Part shown: one piece after another, positions 35,043 to 45,748 of the stretch
Numbering within the stretch: position 1 is the stretch's first letter
Layout: every line of letters starts with the position of its first letter
Assembly: GCA_002305115.1 (NCBI GenBank)
Contig: DBQF01000001.1
Coordinates: 309,767-373,766, forward strand
DNA length: 64,000 nucleotides
Reading direction: 5' to 3'
DNA from: a candidate division WWE3 bacterium UBA1401
Lineage (GTDB): Bacteria > Patescibacteriota > WWE3 > UBA101185 > UBA10185
Notes under the pieces: model-generated
Seen by the model: only the letters and a program-made list of their open reading frames with translations
Databases searched by the model: none
What the model was told of the DNA's origin: nothing
Program-made: the position numbers and the translations under genes

Positions 35043-35621
35043 ATGTTAAAAGAATTATTTATATCTCAAGTCAGGATTAAGATCCTGGAAATTATGCTAC
35101 CCCATCCCGATGCTCAATACCATATCAGAGCATTGGTACGTGAAGTTGGTTCGGAAATTAATGCTGTAAGGCGGGAACTTTCCAAACTAGAAAAGATAGG
35201 ATTACTTACAAAAAGAAAGAGTAGCAACAGAGTTTACTATACTGTTGATACCACAAGCCCTTATTACCCCGAGTTATTGTCGCTTATTGGTAAGGAAATT
35301 GGTTTAGGTGAAGCTATCCTAAAAAATAAAAAGCAACTGGGTGATGTGAAATTTGCGGTTTTGGCCAGGGAATATTTGCGTGGCCGTGAATCTACCGTAT
35401 TAGATGTTGATTTGTTTCTGGTAGGTACTGTGAATAAGGATGTTATGAAGAGAATTATTGAAGTAGAAGAGCGTACTCGAGGTAAGGAGATTAACTATAC
35501 TGTGCTGGATGAGGCTGAATTTCTACATAGAAAGCGCAGAAATGACACTTTTGTTTCCAGGTTTATGACCAAAAGTAGAACTATGTTAATAGGGGATGAA
35601 GCTGAGTTTTGCGCTATATGA
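35043..35621 (+). CDS. Winged-helix (ArsR/MarR-like) transcriptional regulator with a C-terminal domain of unknown function
   Basis: ..RIKILEIML.....YHIRALVREVGSEINAVRRELSKLEKIGLL....SNRVYY.. is a wHTH pattern. GGAGG lies 3 nt before the ATG at 35043. Confidence 0.6.
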   Translation: MLKELFISQVRIKILEIMLPHPDAQYHIRALVREVGSEINAVRRELSKLEKIGLLTKRKSSNRVYYTVDTTSPYYPELLSLIGKEIGLGEAILKNKKQLGDVKFAVLAREYLRGRESTVLDVDLFLVGTVNKDVMKRIIEVEERTRGKEINYTVLDEAEFLHRKRRNDTFVSRFMTKSRTMLIGDEAEFCAI

Positions 35622-36940
35622 GAAGGTTCTGGAAGAGGTTGCAGTTTAGATTAAGCTTCATAGTTTTTGTATCTATCTTGTGTCTGTTGATAGTACTTCC
35701 AAGAATTCCCATCAAAGTTTCCTATAAATTTGTAACTATAGATACTTATGTTGGTGGTTATGCATTTTCCCTTGGTGATAAATTTGTTGATTTTTCCGGT
35801 TTTAACAAAGGGCTAGATTTCTCGCGCGGGAAGAGGTGGCTTTTTAGACCCGTTAATGAAGAAGTAGCTAGTGAAACCTTGCTTCCTCAACTGAGTAAAC
35901 GGCTGGAGGCTTTAAATATTACCAGCTACAAGGTAGATTTGTATACGGAGAATTCGGAAACACTAATTAGTGTGGATGTACCTGAAGCTCAAGCGAATGC
36001 CCTAATTCCGCTCGTGTTATCTGGCAGAGGTGCTATTTCACTAAAAAGCCTGGCCTCAGAAACTGAGTGGATTTCCGATGCTGCTGCTGAGATTGCAACC
36101 AACCCCGATGCTTGGACACAAGATGCCTTGGTTGCAGATGCTGCTACTTATCTGGGTGGCAGTTTAACCCTTCACTTTTCAGCTGAAAGCAGACAACGCT
36201 TTTCTGAGCTTGCCCTTGCTAATGTAGATAAACCTATTGGTGTTTTTTATAACGATGAGCCTATCCCTATAGCAATGCCTGTAATTTCTGAGCAGTATGC
36301 CCAAAGCGCGGGGCAAATTGACCCTGTAATTAGTGGTGACTTTGGAGGTGTTTTTAACAGTGTACTTGTGCCGCAACTTGCTTCGGGTAAATTGCCTACG
36401 CCGCTTAGTGTGGTTAGTGAACAGGAACTTGCCCCAGGAGTGCCTATTAGCTATTCATACAAGCATATAGCTGTTGGTATTGGAATTTTTGCACTGTTTG
36501 TTGTACTAACTCGCCGACGTATGGCCATAGCACAACTTGGTGCTCTGAGTGTATACACTCTGTTTACTTTGTGTTTAGTTAAAGTGCTTCATATAGCATT
36601 GACCCTTGTGTCTGTTCTTGCTTTATTGCTTTCTTTCATATCTGCTCTATACTTGCTGGAAACCTTTTTAACATATGTGTGGCTGCACTTTAGAAGCAGT
36701 GGTAACAAAAGCATTGCTCTACTAAACGGTCGTACTCAGTTTAGCAAAATTAAGATCTGCTCATTTATAGTTACAGCTATTGTAGCTATAATACTCTATG
36801 TTACAGGTGACAGTCTGGCGAGGGATTTTGCACAGATGCTTTTAGCCGGAAGTCTCGGATTGGTTTTTGCATTTATGACAGTAAATACCTTGCTAGAGCT
36901 TGTTGGAATAGGCAGGTCTTATGAAAAAAAAGCCAATTAA
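35609..36940 (+). CDS. Polytopic membrane protein, possibly a highly divergent SecD-like protein
   Basis: It has an N-terminal TM, a ~270-aa extracytoplasmic region and about 5 C-terminal TM helices. This topology resembles SecD, but the SecD signature motifs are not clearly present. Confidence 0.55.
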   Translation: MRYMRRFWKRLQFRLSFIVFVSILCLLIVLPRIPIKVSYKFVTIDTYVGGYAFSLGDKFVDFSGFNKGLDFSRGKRWLFRPVNEEVASETLLPQLSKRLEALNITSYKVDLYTENSETLISVDVPEAQANALIPLVLSGRGAISLKSLASETEWISDAAAEIATNPDAWTQDALVADAATYLGGSLTLHFSAESRQRFSELALANVDKPIGVFYNDEPIPIAMPVISEQYAQSAGQIDPVISGDFGGVFNSVLVPQLASGKLPTPLSVVSEQELAPGVPISYSYKHIAVGIGIFALFVVLTRRRMAIAQLGALSVYTLFTLCLVKVLHIALTLVSVLALLLSFISALYLLETFLTYVWLHFRSSGNKSIALLNGRTQFSKIKICSFIVTAIVAIILYVTGDSLARDFAQMLLAGSLGLVFAFMTVNTLLELVGIGRSYEKKAN

Positions 36941-37346
36941 GTCAATTTTAATAGCCATAGTTGGGTTGATTTTACTAACAGCCGTACAGCTTGTTGTGTT
37001 GAGTACTTTTGTAGGATCTACATTGCTAGCATTAGGTGGCTTTTTAGTCTTATTAACCTTTTTTTATGCCGCGGGTTTTTTTCAGCATTTCGTTGCAACT
37101 TTTTGCCGGGCAAAAAGGTCAGTTGCTAAAGAGCTGGTTTTGTCTTCTGCGATCACAAATCTCAAGAATGCCTTGACTGTTGTATTAAGTGTTGTTCTGG
37201 TAGGTGCCTATATATATTTCTATGTTGATATCACCGCTAGTACTCTCTTTCTTTTTACAGCTATCAGTTTCCTGGCAGCCGCTGTAAATGGCTTTATTAT
37301 AGTTCCCGTATTGACCTTGATAAGTTGTAAATTTACGAAGTACTAG
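36921..37346 (+). CDS. Small membrane protein (141 aa, ~4 TM)
   Basis: Hydrophobic ORF overlapping the previous gene by 20 nt. No family recognised. Confidence 0.55.
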   Translation: MKKKPIKSILIAIVGLILLTAVQLVVLSTFVGSTLLALGGFLVLLTFFYAAGFFQHFVATFCRAKRSVAKELVLSSAITNLKNALTVVLSVVLVGAYIYFYVDITASTLFLFTAISFLAAAVNGFIIVPVLTLISCKFTKY

Positions 37347-37363
37347 GTATTCTGACCCTACTT

Positions 37364-38995
37364 ATGCCCAATTGGAAAGTTCTACAAGAAGCACTAACCA
37401 AGGCTGACATTGTTAACAGCCTATTAACTATCCGTAACGTTACAGATATTGCAGATTTTCTAAATCCTCCACATCCATTGCTGTACTTAAAAAGTTTTGA
37501 TGCCAATTTTAAAGAGGCTCTAAAGGCCGCAAAAGACCTAGTTTATGACACTATCAGCAGAGATGAAGCTATTGTAATTTATGGAGATTACGATGCTGAC
37601 GGCGTATGCGCTACTGCAATCTTATATAATTTTTTCAAGTCTGAACTTAAGTATGCCAAATGCCTTTACTTTATTCCTAACCGGTTCGATCACGGCTATG
37701 GCCTTTCCAGAGAGTCGATAGATGAGGTATTAGCTAATATTGATAAGGAGAAAGTTTTGTTTATTACTGTGGATACCGGAATTACAGCAGTAGAAGCTAC
37801 AAAATATATCAAAGATTTAGGTCATAAGATAATTATTACAGATCACCACCAGCAGCCCGCCAAATTACCTAGTGCGGATATACTTCTGTGGACTGACCGG
37901 GCTGTTGGTGCTGCTATTGCGTGGTTTTTGGCGAGAGTGCTTGGTTCGGAAGATATTACCTCAATTGGGTTGGCAGCTTTGGCCACAGTTACAGATGTAC
38001 AACCTTTGTTAGATCTTAATAGATCTATTGTGAAAGCGGGGCTGAAAGTTTTAAACACAAATCCCCCTGCGGGTATTAAAGAACTACTTGTGTGTGCAGG
38101 CAAGTCTTTGGGAGAACTTTCTACTTATGAATTGGGTTGGGTAATAGGCCCCAGGCTTAATGCCTCAGGTAGGATTGAAGACGCAGCAAAATCTTTGGAA
38201 TTGCTTGTGGGTTCAATTGATACAATACCCCAAATTGCCCATTATCTTAATAATGTCAATACTGAGAGACAAACAAAAACCCTGGAAATGTATGAATTAG
38301 CAAAGCAAATGTTAGCAACAGAGGTGCCGGACGTTATATTTTCTGCCCACGCGAAATATCACGAAGGCATAATTGGGTTAGTTGCGTCTTGGCTTGTAAA
38401 AGAATTTAACCGGCCTTCTATTGTTATTGCCTTGGGAGACAGCGCTGGTAAGGGGTCTGTACGATCCATTGATGGTATTGATATCATTGCTATTTTGCGC
38501 CAGTATGGTGAATTATTTACAGAACTTGGTGGGCATCCTATGGCCGCAGGGTTTACTATTCCTATAGAGAATATTGATTCTCTCAAAGAAAGTTTGACTA
38601 GGCACTTTCAGGAAGTGTTTTCAGATGGCAGGGTATTTGAGCAACAACTTGATATAGATCTAAAGCTTCCTTTGCAGTGGGTAGATTTTGAATTAATAGA
38701 TTTGCTTGAGCAGTTTAAACCTTTTGGGGTTGGCAACAAAACTCCAGTTTTTCTAAGTGAGAAAGTGGGGTTAACCGATATAAAAACTGTTGGTAAAACT
38801 AATGAGCATTTATCTTTACGGTTTTATTCAGAGGGTGTCTTTCATAAGGGTATTCTTTTTAACCATGATCCTGCCCTTTGTGACATTCTTAAACCAGGTG
38901 AAACAGTTGATGTTGTATATTCCTTGCAGAAAAATAGTTTCAACGGGAGAGATTACATAGACTTGATGGTGAAAGATATAGCAAATTCTGTATAA
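37364..38995 (+). CDS. recJ: Single-stranded-DNA-specific exonuclease RecJ
   Basis: DHH-family motifs (..IYGDYDADGVCA.., ..TVDTGI.., ..ITDHHQ..) and a DHHA1 region (GGHPMAAGF). Confidence 0.92.
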   Translation: MPNWKVLQEALTKADIVNSLLTIRNVTDIADFLNPPHPLLYLKSFDANFKEALKAAKDLVYDTISRDEAIVIYGDYDADGVCATAILYNFFKSELKYAKCLYFIPNRFDHGYGLSRESIDEVLANIDKEKVLFITVDTGITAVEATKYIKDLGHKIIITDHHQQPAKLPSADILLWTDRAVGAAIAWFLARVLGSEDITSIGLAALATVTDVQPLLDLNRSIVKAGLKVLNTNPPAGIKELLVCAGKSLGELSTYELGWVIGPRLNASGRIEDAAKSLELLVGSIDTIPQIAHYLNNVNTERQTKTLEMYELAKQMLATEVPDVIFSAHAKYHEGIIGLVASWLVKEFNRPSIVIALGDSAGKGSVRSIDGIDIIAILRQYGELFTELGGHPMAAGFTIPIENIDSLKESLTRHFQEVFSDGRVFEQQLDIDLKLPLQWVDFELIDLLEQFKPFGVGNKTPVFLSEKVGLTDIKTVGKTNEHLSLRFYSEGVFHKGILFNHDPALCDILKPGETVDVVYSLQKNSFNGRDYIDLMVKDIANSV

Positions 38996-39003
38996 TAGGC
39001 CGT

Positions 39004-40299
39004 ATGAGTAAGCAAAGAACGTATATTAATAAGCTGCCCGAACATATTGGCCAGTCCGTTGTACTTAAGGGTTTTGTGCAGGCTATAAGAAACCAGGGTG
39101 GTATAAAATTTTTAATCCTTCGCGATGTCACAGGGTTAGTCCAGCTAGTGGTTTTGAAAAGTTCTGCCGCATTTGAAAAAGTTTCCGGCTTAACTCTAGA
39201 ATCTGTTATTGAGGTTATCGGAACGGTTAAAGAGGAAAAGCAGGCGCCGGGCGGCATAGAAGTCGCCGCAGATGATTTTGTCGTTTTAGGTGAAGCAGCT
39301 CCGGAACTGCCTATACCTGTTGTAGTTGAAAAGGGTGGAGAAGAAACTGAAGTCAGCAAAAGGCTAGATTGGAGGTTTATTGATCTACGCAAGCCTGAGA
39401 AAGCGCAAATATTTAGAATCTGGACCGAATTGGAAAGAGGAGTCCGCGATTTTTTTTATTCACGGGGTTTTACGCAAATTTATACCCCTTCTTTTATGGA
39501 TGCCCCCAGCGAATCGGGCGCAGAGGTTTTTGAAGTAGCGTACTTTGAGAAAAAGGCATACTTGGCGCAATCACCTCAGTTTTATAAACAAATGGCCATG
39601 GCAGCAGGCTTGGAAAAGGTTTTTACTATGGGACCCGTATATCGGGCAGAACCTTCTTTTACTACCAGGCATATGACAGAGTTTACCGGCTGGGACTTTG
39701 AGATTTCTTATATTGAGTCACACTTTGATGTCATGGCAGAACTCGAGCAGATGCTACTTGCAGGGTTTGAACGGGTTAAAACCACAGTTCTGCCCGACCT
39801 TAAGGTTCCAACTGTACCCTTTCCAAAACTTACTATGCTAGAAGCTAAGGCAAAACTTGCTGCCAGAAACGTTCCAAGCGAAAAGCCCTCAGACTTAAGC
39901 CCTGAAGAGGAACGCGCGTTATATGATATTTCCAAAGAAGACTATAACAGTGATTTTATATTTGTTACTGATTATCCTGTAGAAGTCAGGCCTTTTTATC
40001 ATATGCGCTATGAAGATAATCCCGGTATCACTAAGAGTTTTGACTTGCTATATAAGGGTATTGAAATTGTAACAGGTGCTCAAAGAGAGCACAGGCTAGA
40101 CATCCTGGAAAAACAGGCCTTAGAAAAAGGTATGCCTTTGGAGTCCATAAGCAGCTACTTGAGCTTTTTCAAGTATGGCTGCCCGCCGCATGGTGGTGTT
40201 GGGATTGGCCCAGGTAGAATTGTTATGAAAATGCTTGATTTACCAAGTGTCAAGGAAGCTACCTATTTGCCAAGAGACGTCAAACGCTTGTCACCATGA
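39004..40299 (+). CDS. aspS: Aspartate--tRNA ligase, short archaeal/type-2-like form (431 aa)
   Basis: OB-fold N-terminus (..V.L.GFV...R.QGGIKFLILRD..G.VQ.V), class II motifs and the ending ..GGVGIGPGRIVMKML.L.SVKEATYLPRDVKRLSP. Discriminating status was not determined. Confidence 0.9.
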   Translation: MSKQRTYINKLPEHIGQSVVLKGFVQAIRNQGGIKFLILRDVTGLVQLVVLKSSAAFEKVSGLTLESVIEVIGTVKEEKQAPGGIEVAADDFVVLGEAAPELPIPVVVEKGGEETEVSKRLDWRFIDLRKPEKAQIFRIWTELERGVRDFFYSRGFTQIYTPSFMDAPSESGAEVFEVAYFEKKAYLAQSPQFYKQMAMAAGLEKVFTMGPVYRAEPSFTTRHMTEFTGWDFEISYIESHFDVMAELEQMLLAGFERVKTTVLPDLKVPTVPFPKLTMLEAKAKLAARNVPSEKPSDLSPEEERALYDISKEDYNSDFIFVTDYPVEVRPFYHMRYEDNPGITKSFDLLYKGIEIVTGAQREHRLDILEKQALEKGMPLESISSYLSFFKYGCPPHGGVGIGPGRIVMKMLDLPSVKEATYLPRDVKRLSP

Positions 40300-41279
40300 C
40301 GTGGGTTGTAAAACTTAAACTTTTTTTTGTTTTTCTATTATTAAACCTATTATTGCTACTGGAATGTTTTGATAGAACATGCCGTTGGGTTGTACGTATA
40401 TGTGTTTTTTGTTTGTTTTCCCTTCTATTGCTTACGGGGTTTTATCTGGAGTCTGAGGAGTCGTACTTTTATAGATATCATCCACTTTTTCTTGTTGCTT
40501 CTTCTCCGGTTGTCAGAGAAGTACCTTATTTAGCGTCTATTGTGGACTTTCCCAGTATCTCAGCCAAAGCTGTATTTGCCATAGATCCTGTGCACGATAA
40601 GGTTTTTGTAGATCAAAATAGCCGTATTTCCTATCCGCCTGCTTCTACTACTAAGCTTATGACAGCCCTAGTAGCTCTAGATCTCTATGGTTTGGATGAA
40701 ACACTTATTACTCCTGCTGAATGTACTGACATAGAAGGTACTAGGCTTGGGTTATTAGCCGATGAATCGATGCAAGTAAAAGATCTTCTCTATGCTACTT
40801 TAATAAGCTCTGCCAATGATGCTGCCTGTGTCTTGGCTCAAGGAAAGGTAGCAATGGCCGACTTTGTTTCCTTGATGAATGCCAAGGCTGGCGAGATAGG
40901 TCTTGAAACCACAAATTTCACTAACCCTATTGGGCTTGATGATGCATATGGTGATCACCATTCCTCGGCTTACGACTTGTATCTTTTGGGTGAAAATGCT
41001 TTAGCTAATGAATTTATTAGAGATGTGGTGAAAATTAAGGAACATGTACTAAAAACAGAAATAGTAGAAAGGAAAATTTACACTACTAATCATCTGCTGT
41101 GGGCTATTCCGGAGACAGTCGGTATCAAAACCGGCACAACTCTGGCTGCCGGAGAAGTACTTATCTATAAATATGCAGACGAGAAAAGAGAAATTGTTAT
41201 TGTAGTAATGGGCAGCGAAGAGCGGTTTTTAGATACCAGGCAGATTCTAGACTGGATTTTAGCAAGCTATGTTTGGTAA
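40296..41279 (+). CDS. D-alanyl-D-alanine carboxypeptidase (peptidase S11, low-MW PBP)
   Basis: SxxK (ASTTK), SxN (SSAND) and KTG (IKTGTT) motifs in the correct order. N-terminal hydrophobic region. Confidence 0.85.
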   Translation: MTWVVKLKLFFVFLLLNLLLLLECFDRTCRWVVRICVFCLFSLLLLTGFYLESEESYFYRYHPLFLVASSPVVREVPYLASIVDFPSISAKAVFAIDPVHDKVFVDQNSRISYPPASTTKLMTALVALDLYGLDETLITPAECTDIEGTRLGLLADESMQVKDLLYATLISSANDAACVLAQGKVAMADFVSLMNAKAGEIGLETTNFTNPIGLDDAYGDHHSSAYDLYLLGENALANEFIRDVVKIKEHVLKTEIVERKIYTTNHLLWAIPETVGIKTGTTLAAGEVLIYKYADEKREIVIVVMGSEERFLDTRQILDWILASYVW

Positions 41280-42422
41280 TTATTGTGAAATACCCTGTTG
41301 AATGTATTCTCCGGTAATGGCTGGGTAATAAATTGCGATATCTCCCTTACCTCCGTCTTTTGCTGTGTACGCACCCTCAAAAACGTATATGGGTTGTAAA
41401 TATCTGCATGGATTAATGTCCTCGAAGTAGGCTAAATATATTTCATTTATGAGTATTGTGTCTACCTTTACCGGTTGATAAGTCTCAAAATGGCTTTGGT
41501 CCCTTGGCAGTATTCCGGAAATCACACCGTTGCCTTTTTGCACCTCACGCCAGGCTTGACTTATCGGTACTAGAGGGTATGTTGCATCTACGGTTGTGTT
41601 AAGCTCTCTTCCTTTATACCTGATTTTAGGGTACTTTAGTATAGAAGCTCCCTCTTTTTCCCTATAGGTACTTCCTACGTATGTATAGATAAGCCCCTCA
41701 TATTTGTCGGGACCTACGACAGGCACTTCTCCTACGGATCTGAAGAAGTTTACTTTAGCAATTTGGGCTTCAGAACTAGTAGCAGCATTTACAATTTTGT
41801 TACCCTCAAATTTACCTAAATACACTGTCTGAGTGCCTTGTGAATAGTGTGTGTCACTGAATCTGCCAATTCTAGACAGCATAGCTTTGGCTGAATCTAC
41901 CGCTGTATATGTTCTTATTGAGCCTGGAAAATAATAGTATGCTTTATTGGATAAGTTAGTGTCCACTTTGAGTTCTTTAGTATTAATATTGATCTCTAAT
42001 GTGCTATCCATATCACCATTTCGCCACTTGTATATTTCTCCCTTTAGGTCACTGCTTAGGTTTTTTTCGGAAAACCCTAAGTATTGGGCTTGCTCAAACG
42101 CTTCCTTACCTGCTGAGTAAGAGTAAATCCAAGGTTTGTATATATAGATTCTAAATTTATTTGGTAAGTTATTAGGCAATCTTCCTGTAGTTGTGTTAAG
42201 AACATAGGTTGGTTTATCCGTTAAAACTGTTTTTTCTGTAAATTGAATTGGATCTAGCTTGCCATATGCTACATTAGGCAAATCTTTTGGTGGGTTGATG
42301 CTGCGATACAGGTTTATTCCAGTTGGAATAATAATAACTCTTACTACAATATAAACTACAATCAGTAATCCGATAGCTCTTAAAATATTTTTTACCAGTT
42401 CCGCAGTTTTTGTTAAGTTCAC
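41280..42422 (-). CDS. Hypothetical membrane-anchored extracytoplasmic protein (380 aa)
   Basis: Single N-terminal TM (AIGLLIVVYIVVRVIIIP) followed by a beta-rich region. No family recognised. Confidence 0.65.
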   Translation of the reverse strand: MNLTKTAELVKNILRAIGLLIVVYIVVRVIIIPTGINLYRSINPPKDLPNVAYGKLDPIQFTEKTVLTDKPTYVLNTTTGRLPNNLPNKFRIYIYKPWIYSYSAGKEAFEQAQYLGFSEKNLSSDLKGEIYKWRNGDMDSTLEININTKELKVDTNLSNKAYYYFPGSIRTYTAVDSAKAMLSRIGRFSDTHYSQGTQTVYLGKFEGNKIVNAATSSEAQIAKVNFFRSVGEVPVVGPDKYEGLIYTYVGSTYREKEGASILKYPKIRYKGRELNTTVDATYPLVPISQAWREVQKGNGVISGILPRDQSHFETYQPVKVDTILINEIYLAYFEDINPCRYLQPIYVFEGAYTAKDGGKGDIAIYYPAITGEYIQQGISQ

Positions 42423-42467
42423 TTTACTTATATATTATCAAAGTTTTGATTGTGTTAGAATGCTTTT

Positions 42468-43913
42468 ATGGAAGTAAAAGTTAGGATGGCTCCCAGCCCA
42501 ACAGGTGAATATCACATAGGACACATTAGAACTGCTCTTTATAATTGGGCTTATGCCAGAAAAACCGGCGGTACTTTTTTGCTCCGGATTGAAGATACAG
42601 ATAGAAGCAGGTTTATTGAGGGTGCCGCTGACAAAATTATGGATGTTCTGCATAAGTATGGATTAGCTTGGGATGAGGGGCCTTATTATCAATCGGAAAG
42701 ACTCGATATTTATAAAAAATATGCTCTTGAACTTGTAGAAAAGGGATATGCCTACTATTGTTTTTGTTCACAAGAACGCTTGGGCGAGATGCGTAAAACC
42801 CAGCAAGCCCAAGGTGTTCCTACAATCAAATATGATAGACATTGTCTTGCATTATCTCCCGAAGAGGTAAGCCAAAAGCTACAAGCAGGGGAGCCTTACG
42901 TAATTAGGCTTAAAGTTCCTGATAATGAAGACATTGTTTTCGAAGACAAAGTTTTTGGTACTATCTCAATTAATACTAACGACATTGATGACCAGGTTCT
43001 ACTTAAGTCAGACGGTTTTCCTACTTATCACTTGGCGGTAGTTGTGGATGATCACTTAATGAATGTAACCCACGTTATGCGTGGCAATGATTGGCTACCT
43101 TCCACGCCAAAACACATTATCCTGTATAAAGCTTTTGGTTGGGAATCACCTGAGTATGTTCATTTACCTAACCTAAAAGAAAAAGGCCAAAACAGAAAAC
43201 TATCCAAGAGGTTCGGGTCTGTATATGCCGTGGAATTTTTAAAAGAGGGTTATTTACCCGAAGCTATTATGAATTTTCTGATGTTTTTGGGTTGGAACCC
43301 GGGGACGGAAAAAGAAATTTATTCGCTAGAAGAGTTTGTTGAAGACTTTTCTATTGAGAAGATTCACAAGACTGATCTAGTAGCCTTTGATAGGGAAAAG
43401 CTTTTATGGATAAATGGCGTGTATATTAGAAACAAGAGTGTGGAAGAGCTGTTGCTTGCTTTAAATCAATGGGCTCGTGAATTTAAAATAACCCTTGTAA
43501 GTGAAGGTGCTGACGAGGCCTATGTGTTGCAGGTTTTAAGATTAGTGCAAGAACGTATGAAATTATTTAATGAGTACAACAGTTTAGTCAGCTACTTTTA
43601 TTTGGAACCAGAGTTATCTGCAGAAATGCTCACAAAGTATACAAAAGATATGATTACAGCTAAAAAAACCATCTCTGGTTTTATAGAGCTATTTTCTCGC
43701 GAGGACAACTGGGAGGTAGATATACTAGATAAAGTTTCCCATGATTATATTGCGCGGGAAGACACTAAACCAAAAGCAGCTTTTATGACCTTACGAATTG
43801 CCGTAACGGGAAGTGAGGCCACACCGCCAATTTTTGATGTACTTGCAGCTATAGGAAAAGACAAGACCTTAAAGAGACTGAATAATGCTTTAGCTATAAT
43901 AAATTCTAGTTAA
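42468..43913 (+). CDS. gltX: Glutamate--tRNA ligase
   Basis: HIGH (PSPTGEYHIGHIRTA) and KMSKS-like (KLSKR) motifs. 481 aa. Confidence 0.95.
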   Translation: MEVKVRMAPSPTGEYHIGHIRTALYNWAYARKTGGTFLLRIEDTDRSRFIEGAADKIMDVLHKYGLAWDEGPYYQSERLDIYKKYALELVEKGYAYYCFCSQERLGEMRKTQQAQGVPTIKYDRHCLALSPEEVSQKLQAGEPYVIRLKVPDNEDIVFEDKVFGTISINTNDIDDQVLLKSDGFPTYHLAVVVDDHLMNVTHVMRGNDWLPSTPKHIILYKAFGWESPEYVHLPNLKEKGQNRKLSKRFGSVYAVEFLKEGYLPEAIMNFLMFLGWNPGTEKEIYSLEEFVEDFSIEKIHKTDLVAFDREKLLWINGVYIRNKSVEELLLALNQWAREFKITLVSEGADEAYVLQVLRLVQERMKLFNEYNSLVSYFYLEPELSAEMLTKYTKDMITAKKTISGFIELFSREDNWEVDILDKVSHDYIAREDTKPKAAFMTLRIAVTGSEATPPIFDVLAAIGKDKTLKRLNNALAIINSS

Positions 43914-43992
43914 ACTAGAATATGCCCCATTGATTTTATAACCTCGATTGATAAAATGAATGAGTTCTTTGGTTAATTTAAAGGAGTATTTT

Positions 43993-45096
43993 ATGTCTCA
44001 ACAAACAAAAACTAAGGTCAGTGACAAAACTTCCGATCAAGAAAACAAGCAGTTAGCTTTAAAATCCGCACTTGCGCAAATTGAAAAATCTTTTGGCAAG
44101 GGAGCTATTATGAAATTAGGTGAATCCCCAGCAGAAAGATCCATAAGAGTTATACCTACCGGAGCTATTGCGCTAGATCTAGCCTTAGGTGTGGGTGGTA
44201 TTCCCAGGGGCAGAATTGTAGAAATTTATGGTCCTGAATCTTCAGGCAAAACTACACTCGTTCAACACATGATTGCCGAGGCGCAAAAACAAGGTGGTAC
44301 AGCTGCCCTTATTGATGCAGAGCATGCTTTTGATCCTGTGTATGCGGAAAAAACTGGAGTGAATGTAGATGAACTATTGGTTTCTCAGCCGGATACTGGC
44401 GAACAGGCACTTGAGATAGCAGAAACACTTATAAGATCTAATGCTGTAGATGTGATTGCTATTGATTCTGTTGCCGCGTTGGTACCGCAAGCGGAAATTG
44501 AAGGTGAAATAGGGGATAGTACTATAGCACTTCAGGCAAGACTTATGAGCAAGGCTTTAAGACGAATTACAGGCGCTATTAGCAGGTCTAACTGTACCGT
44601 GATTTTTACCAACCAGCTTAGAATGAAAGTTGGTGTTATGTTTGGTAATCCCGAAGTAACTTCGGGTGGCCGCGCGCTAAAATTCTATGCGTCTGTCCGT
44701 ATGGAAATTCGCAAAATCGATACTATCAAGAAGGGTAATGACTTTTACGGTATTAGAGTGCGGGTAAAAGTAGTAAAAAATAAAGTAGCCCCGCCTTTTA
44801 GAGTTGCTGAATTTGACATTATGTTTAATGAGGGTATTAGTGAGGAAGGTAACTTAGTTGATGTCGGTTTGGAGTTTGGCATCTTAAAACGCAGTGGCGC
44901 CTGGTATCAGTATAACGATGAAAATATTGGTCAAGGTCGTGATGCGGCTAGAGATTACCTAAAAGAAAATCCTAAAGTAGCTCAAGAAATTGAAAAGAAA
45001 ATTAGGGAAAGTGTGCAAGCACAAAAGGGTGTTCCGCTTGAGATAGGTAGTGATGACCAAGTTACAGAAGATTCCGACGGAGAGTTCTCGGAATAA
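43993..45096 (+). CDS. recA: Recombinase RecA
   Basis: GPESSGKTT Walker A, ..IDAEHA.D...A...GV and ..FINQLR-like TNQLRMK. I prefer the ATG at 43993 (AAAGGAG RBS) over the ORF-track start at 43960. Confidence 0.97.
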   Translation: MSQQTKTKVSDKTSDQENKQLALKSALAQIEKSFGKGAIMKLGESPAERSIRVIPTGAIALDLALGVGGIPRGRIVEIYGPESSGKTTLVQHMIAEAQKQGGTAALIDAEHAFDPVYAEKTGVNVDELLVSQPDTGEQALEIAETLIRSNAVDVIAIDSVAALVPQAEIEGEIGDSTIALQARLMSKALRRITGAISRSNCTVIFTNQLRMKVGVMFGNPEVTSGGRALKFYASVRMEIRKIDTIKKGNDFYGIRVRVKVVKNKVAPPFRVAEFDIMFNEGISEEGNLVDVGLEFGILKRSGAWYQYNDENIGQGRDAARDYLKENPKVAQEIEKKIRESVQAQKGVPLEIGSDDQVTEDSDGEFSE

Positions 45097-45586
45097 TCTA
45101 TATCAAAGACTTCTAGCAAAAGCGCTAAACTTCGTTTCGTATAAAGCCCGAACCACGTACGAGTTGGCTCAGGCTTTGGATAGGTACTTGTATAAACGTA
45201 CACTTTCGGCTGCTGAAAAGGAACAGCTTAAAGAAGCAGTAATTGCCGAAATAGACTCAATGGCTATTCTGGATGATGTTCAATATGTTAAGGATTTCTG
45301 TTTTGATGTTGTTAATTCCTCAAAGAGCTACAGTATCCCAATGATAAAAGCCTATTTGTATAAGAAGGGATTGTCAGGTGATTGGGTGGATGCGCTTATT
45401 GCTGATACATATACCCCTGATATAGAAGAAACTATGATCCAAAGGCTTGTGGCGAAGAAGCTTCCCAAACGTGGTCAACATCCGGATGATCAGGCCAAAT
45501 ATAAGCTTATTAGTTATCTCTTGCGTAAGGGTTTTACCAGGGACGTAGTTTACACTGTAGTTGACACAAATTTCAAAAAAGCATAG
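45050..45586 (+). CDS. recX: Regulatory protein RecX (overlaps the recA 3' end by 47 nt)
   Basis: Repeated three-helix RecX pattern (..[14 protein letters not shown]...L.......; ..ILDD..Y...F.......; ..I...L..KG..). It lies directly downstream of recA. Confidence 0.75.
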   Translation: MMTKLQKIPTESSRNNLYQRLLAKALNFVSYKARTTYELAQALDRYLYKRTLSAAEKEQLKEAVIAEIDSMAILDDVQYVKDFCFDVVNSSKSYSIPMIKAYLYKKGLSGDWVDALIADTYTPDIEETMIQRLVAKKLPKRGQHPDDQAKYKLISYLLRKGFTRDVVYTVVDTNFKKA

Positions 45587-45748
45587 AATTTCCTTGGAAT
45601 TTGATGAAGTTGAAATTGTGTTTTTATGGATAAAGTCAAACAAACATCCTTAAACCAGCCCTAAATTTTAAACCACTGGGTTAGTGTGCCCGGTTTTGGT
45701 TGTATTCTTCACAAATTCCATATAAAACAATTTAGTTGGAGAATATAT

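Noticed and set aside
43958-43975. Possible LexA/Cheo box upstream of recA (..GAATGAGTTC..).
   Set aside because: It does not fit GAAC-N4-GTTC spacing, and no lexA gene is in the window. The evidence is insufficient.
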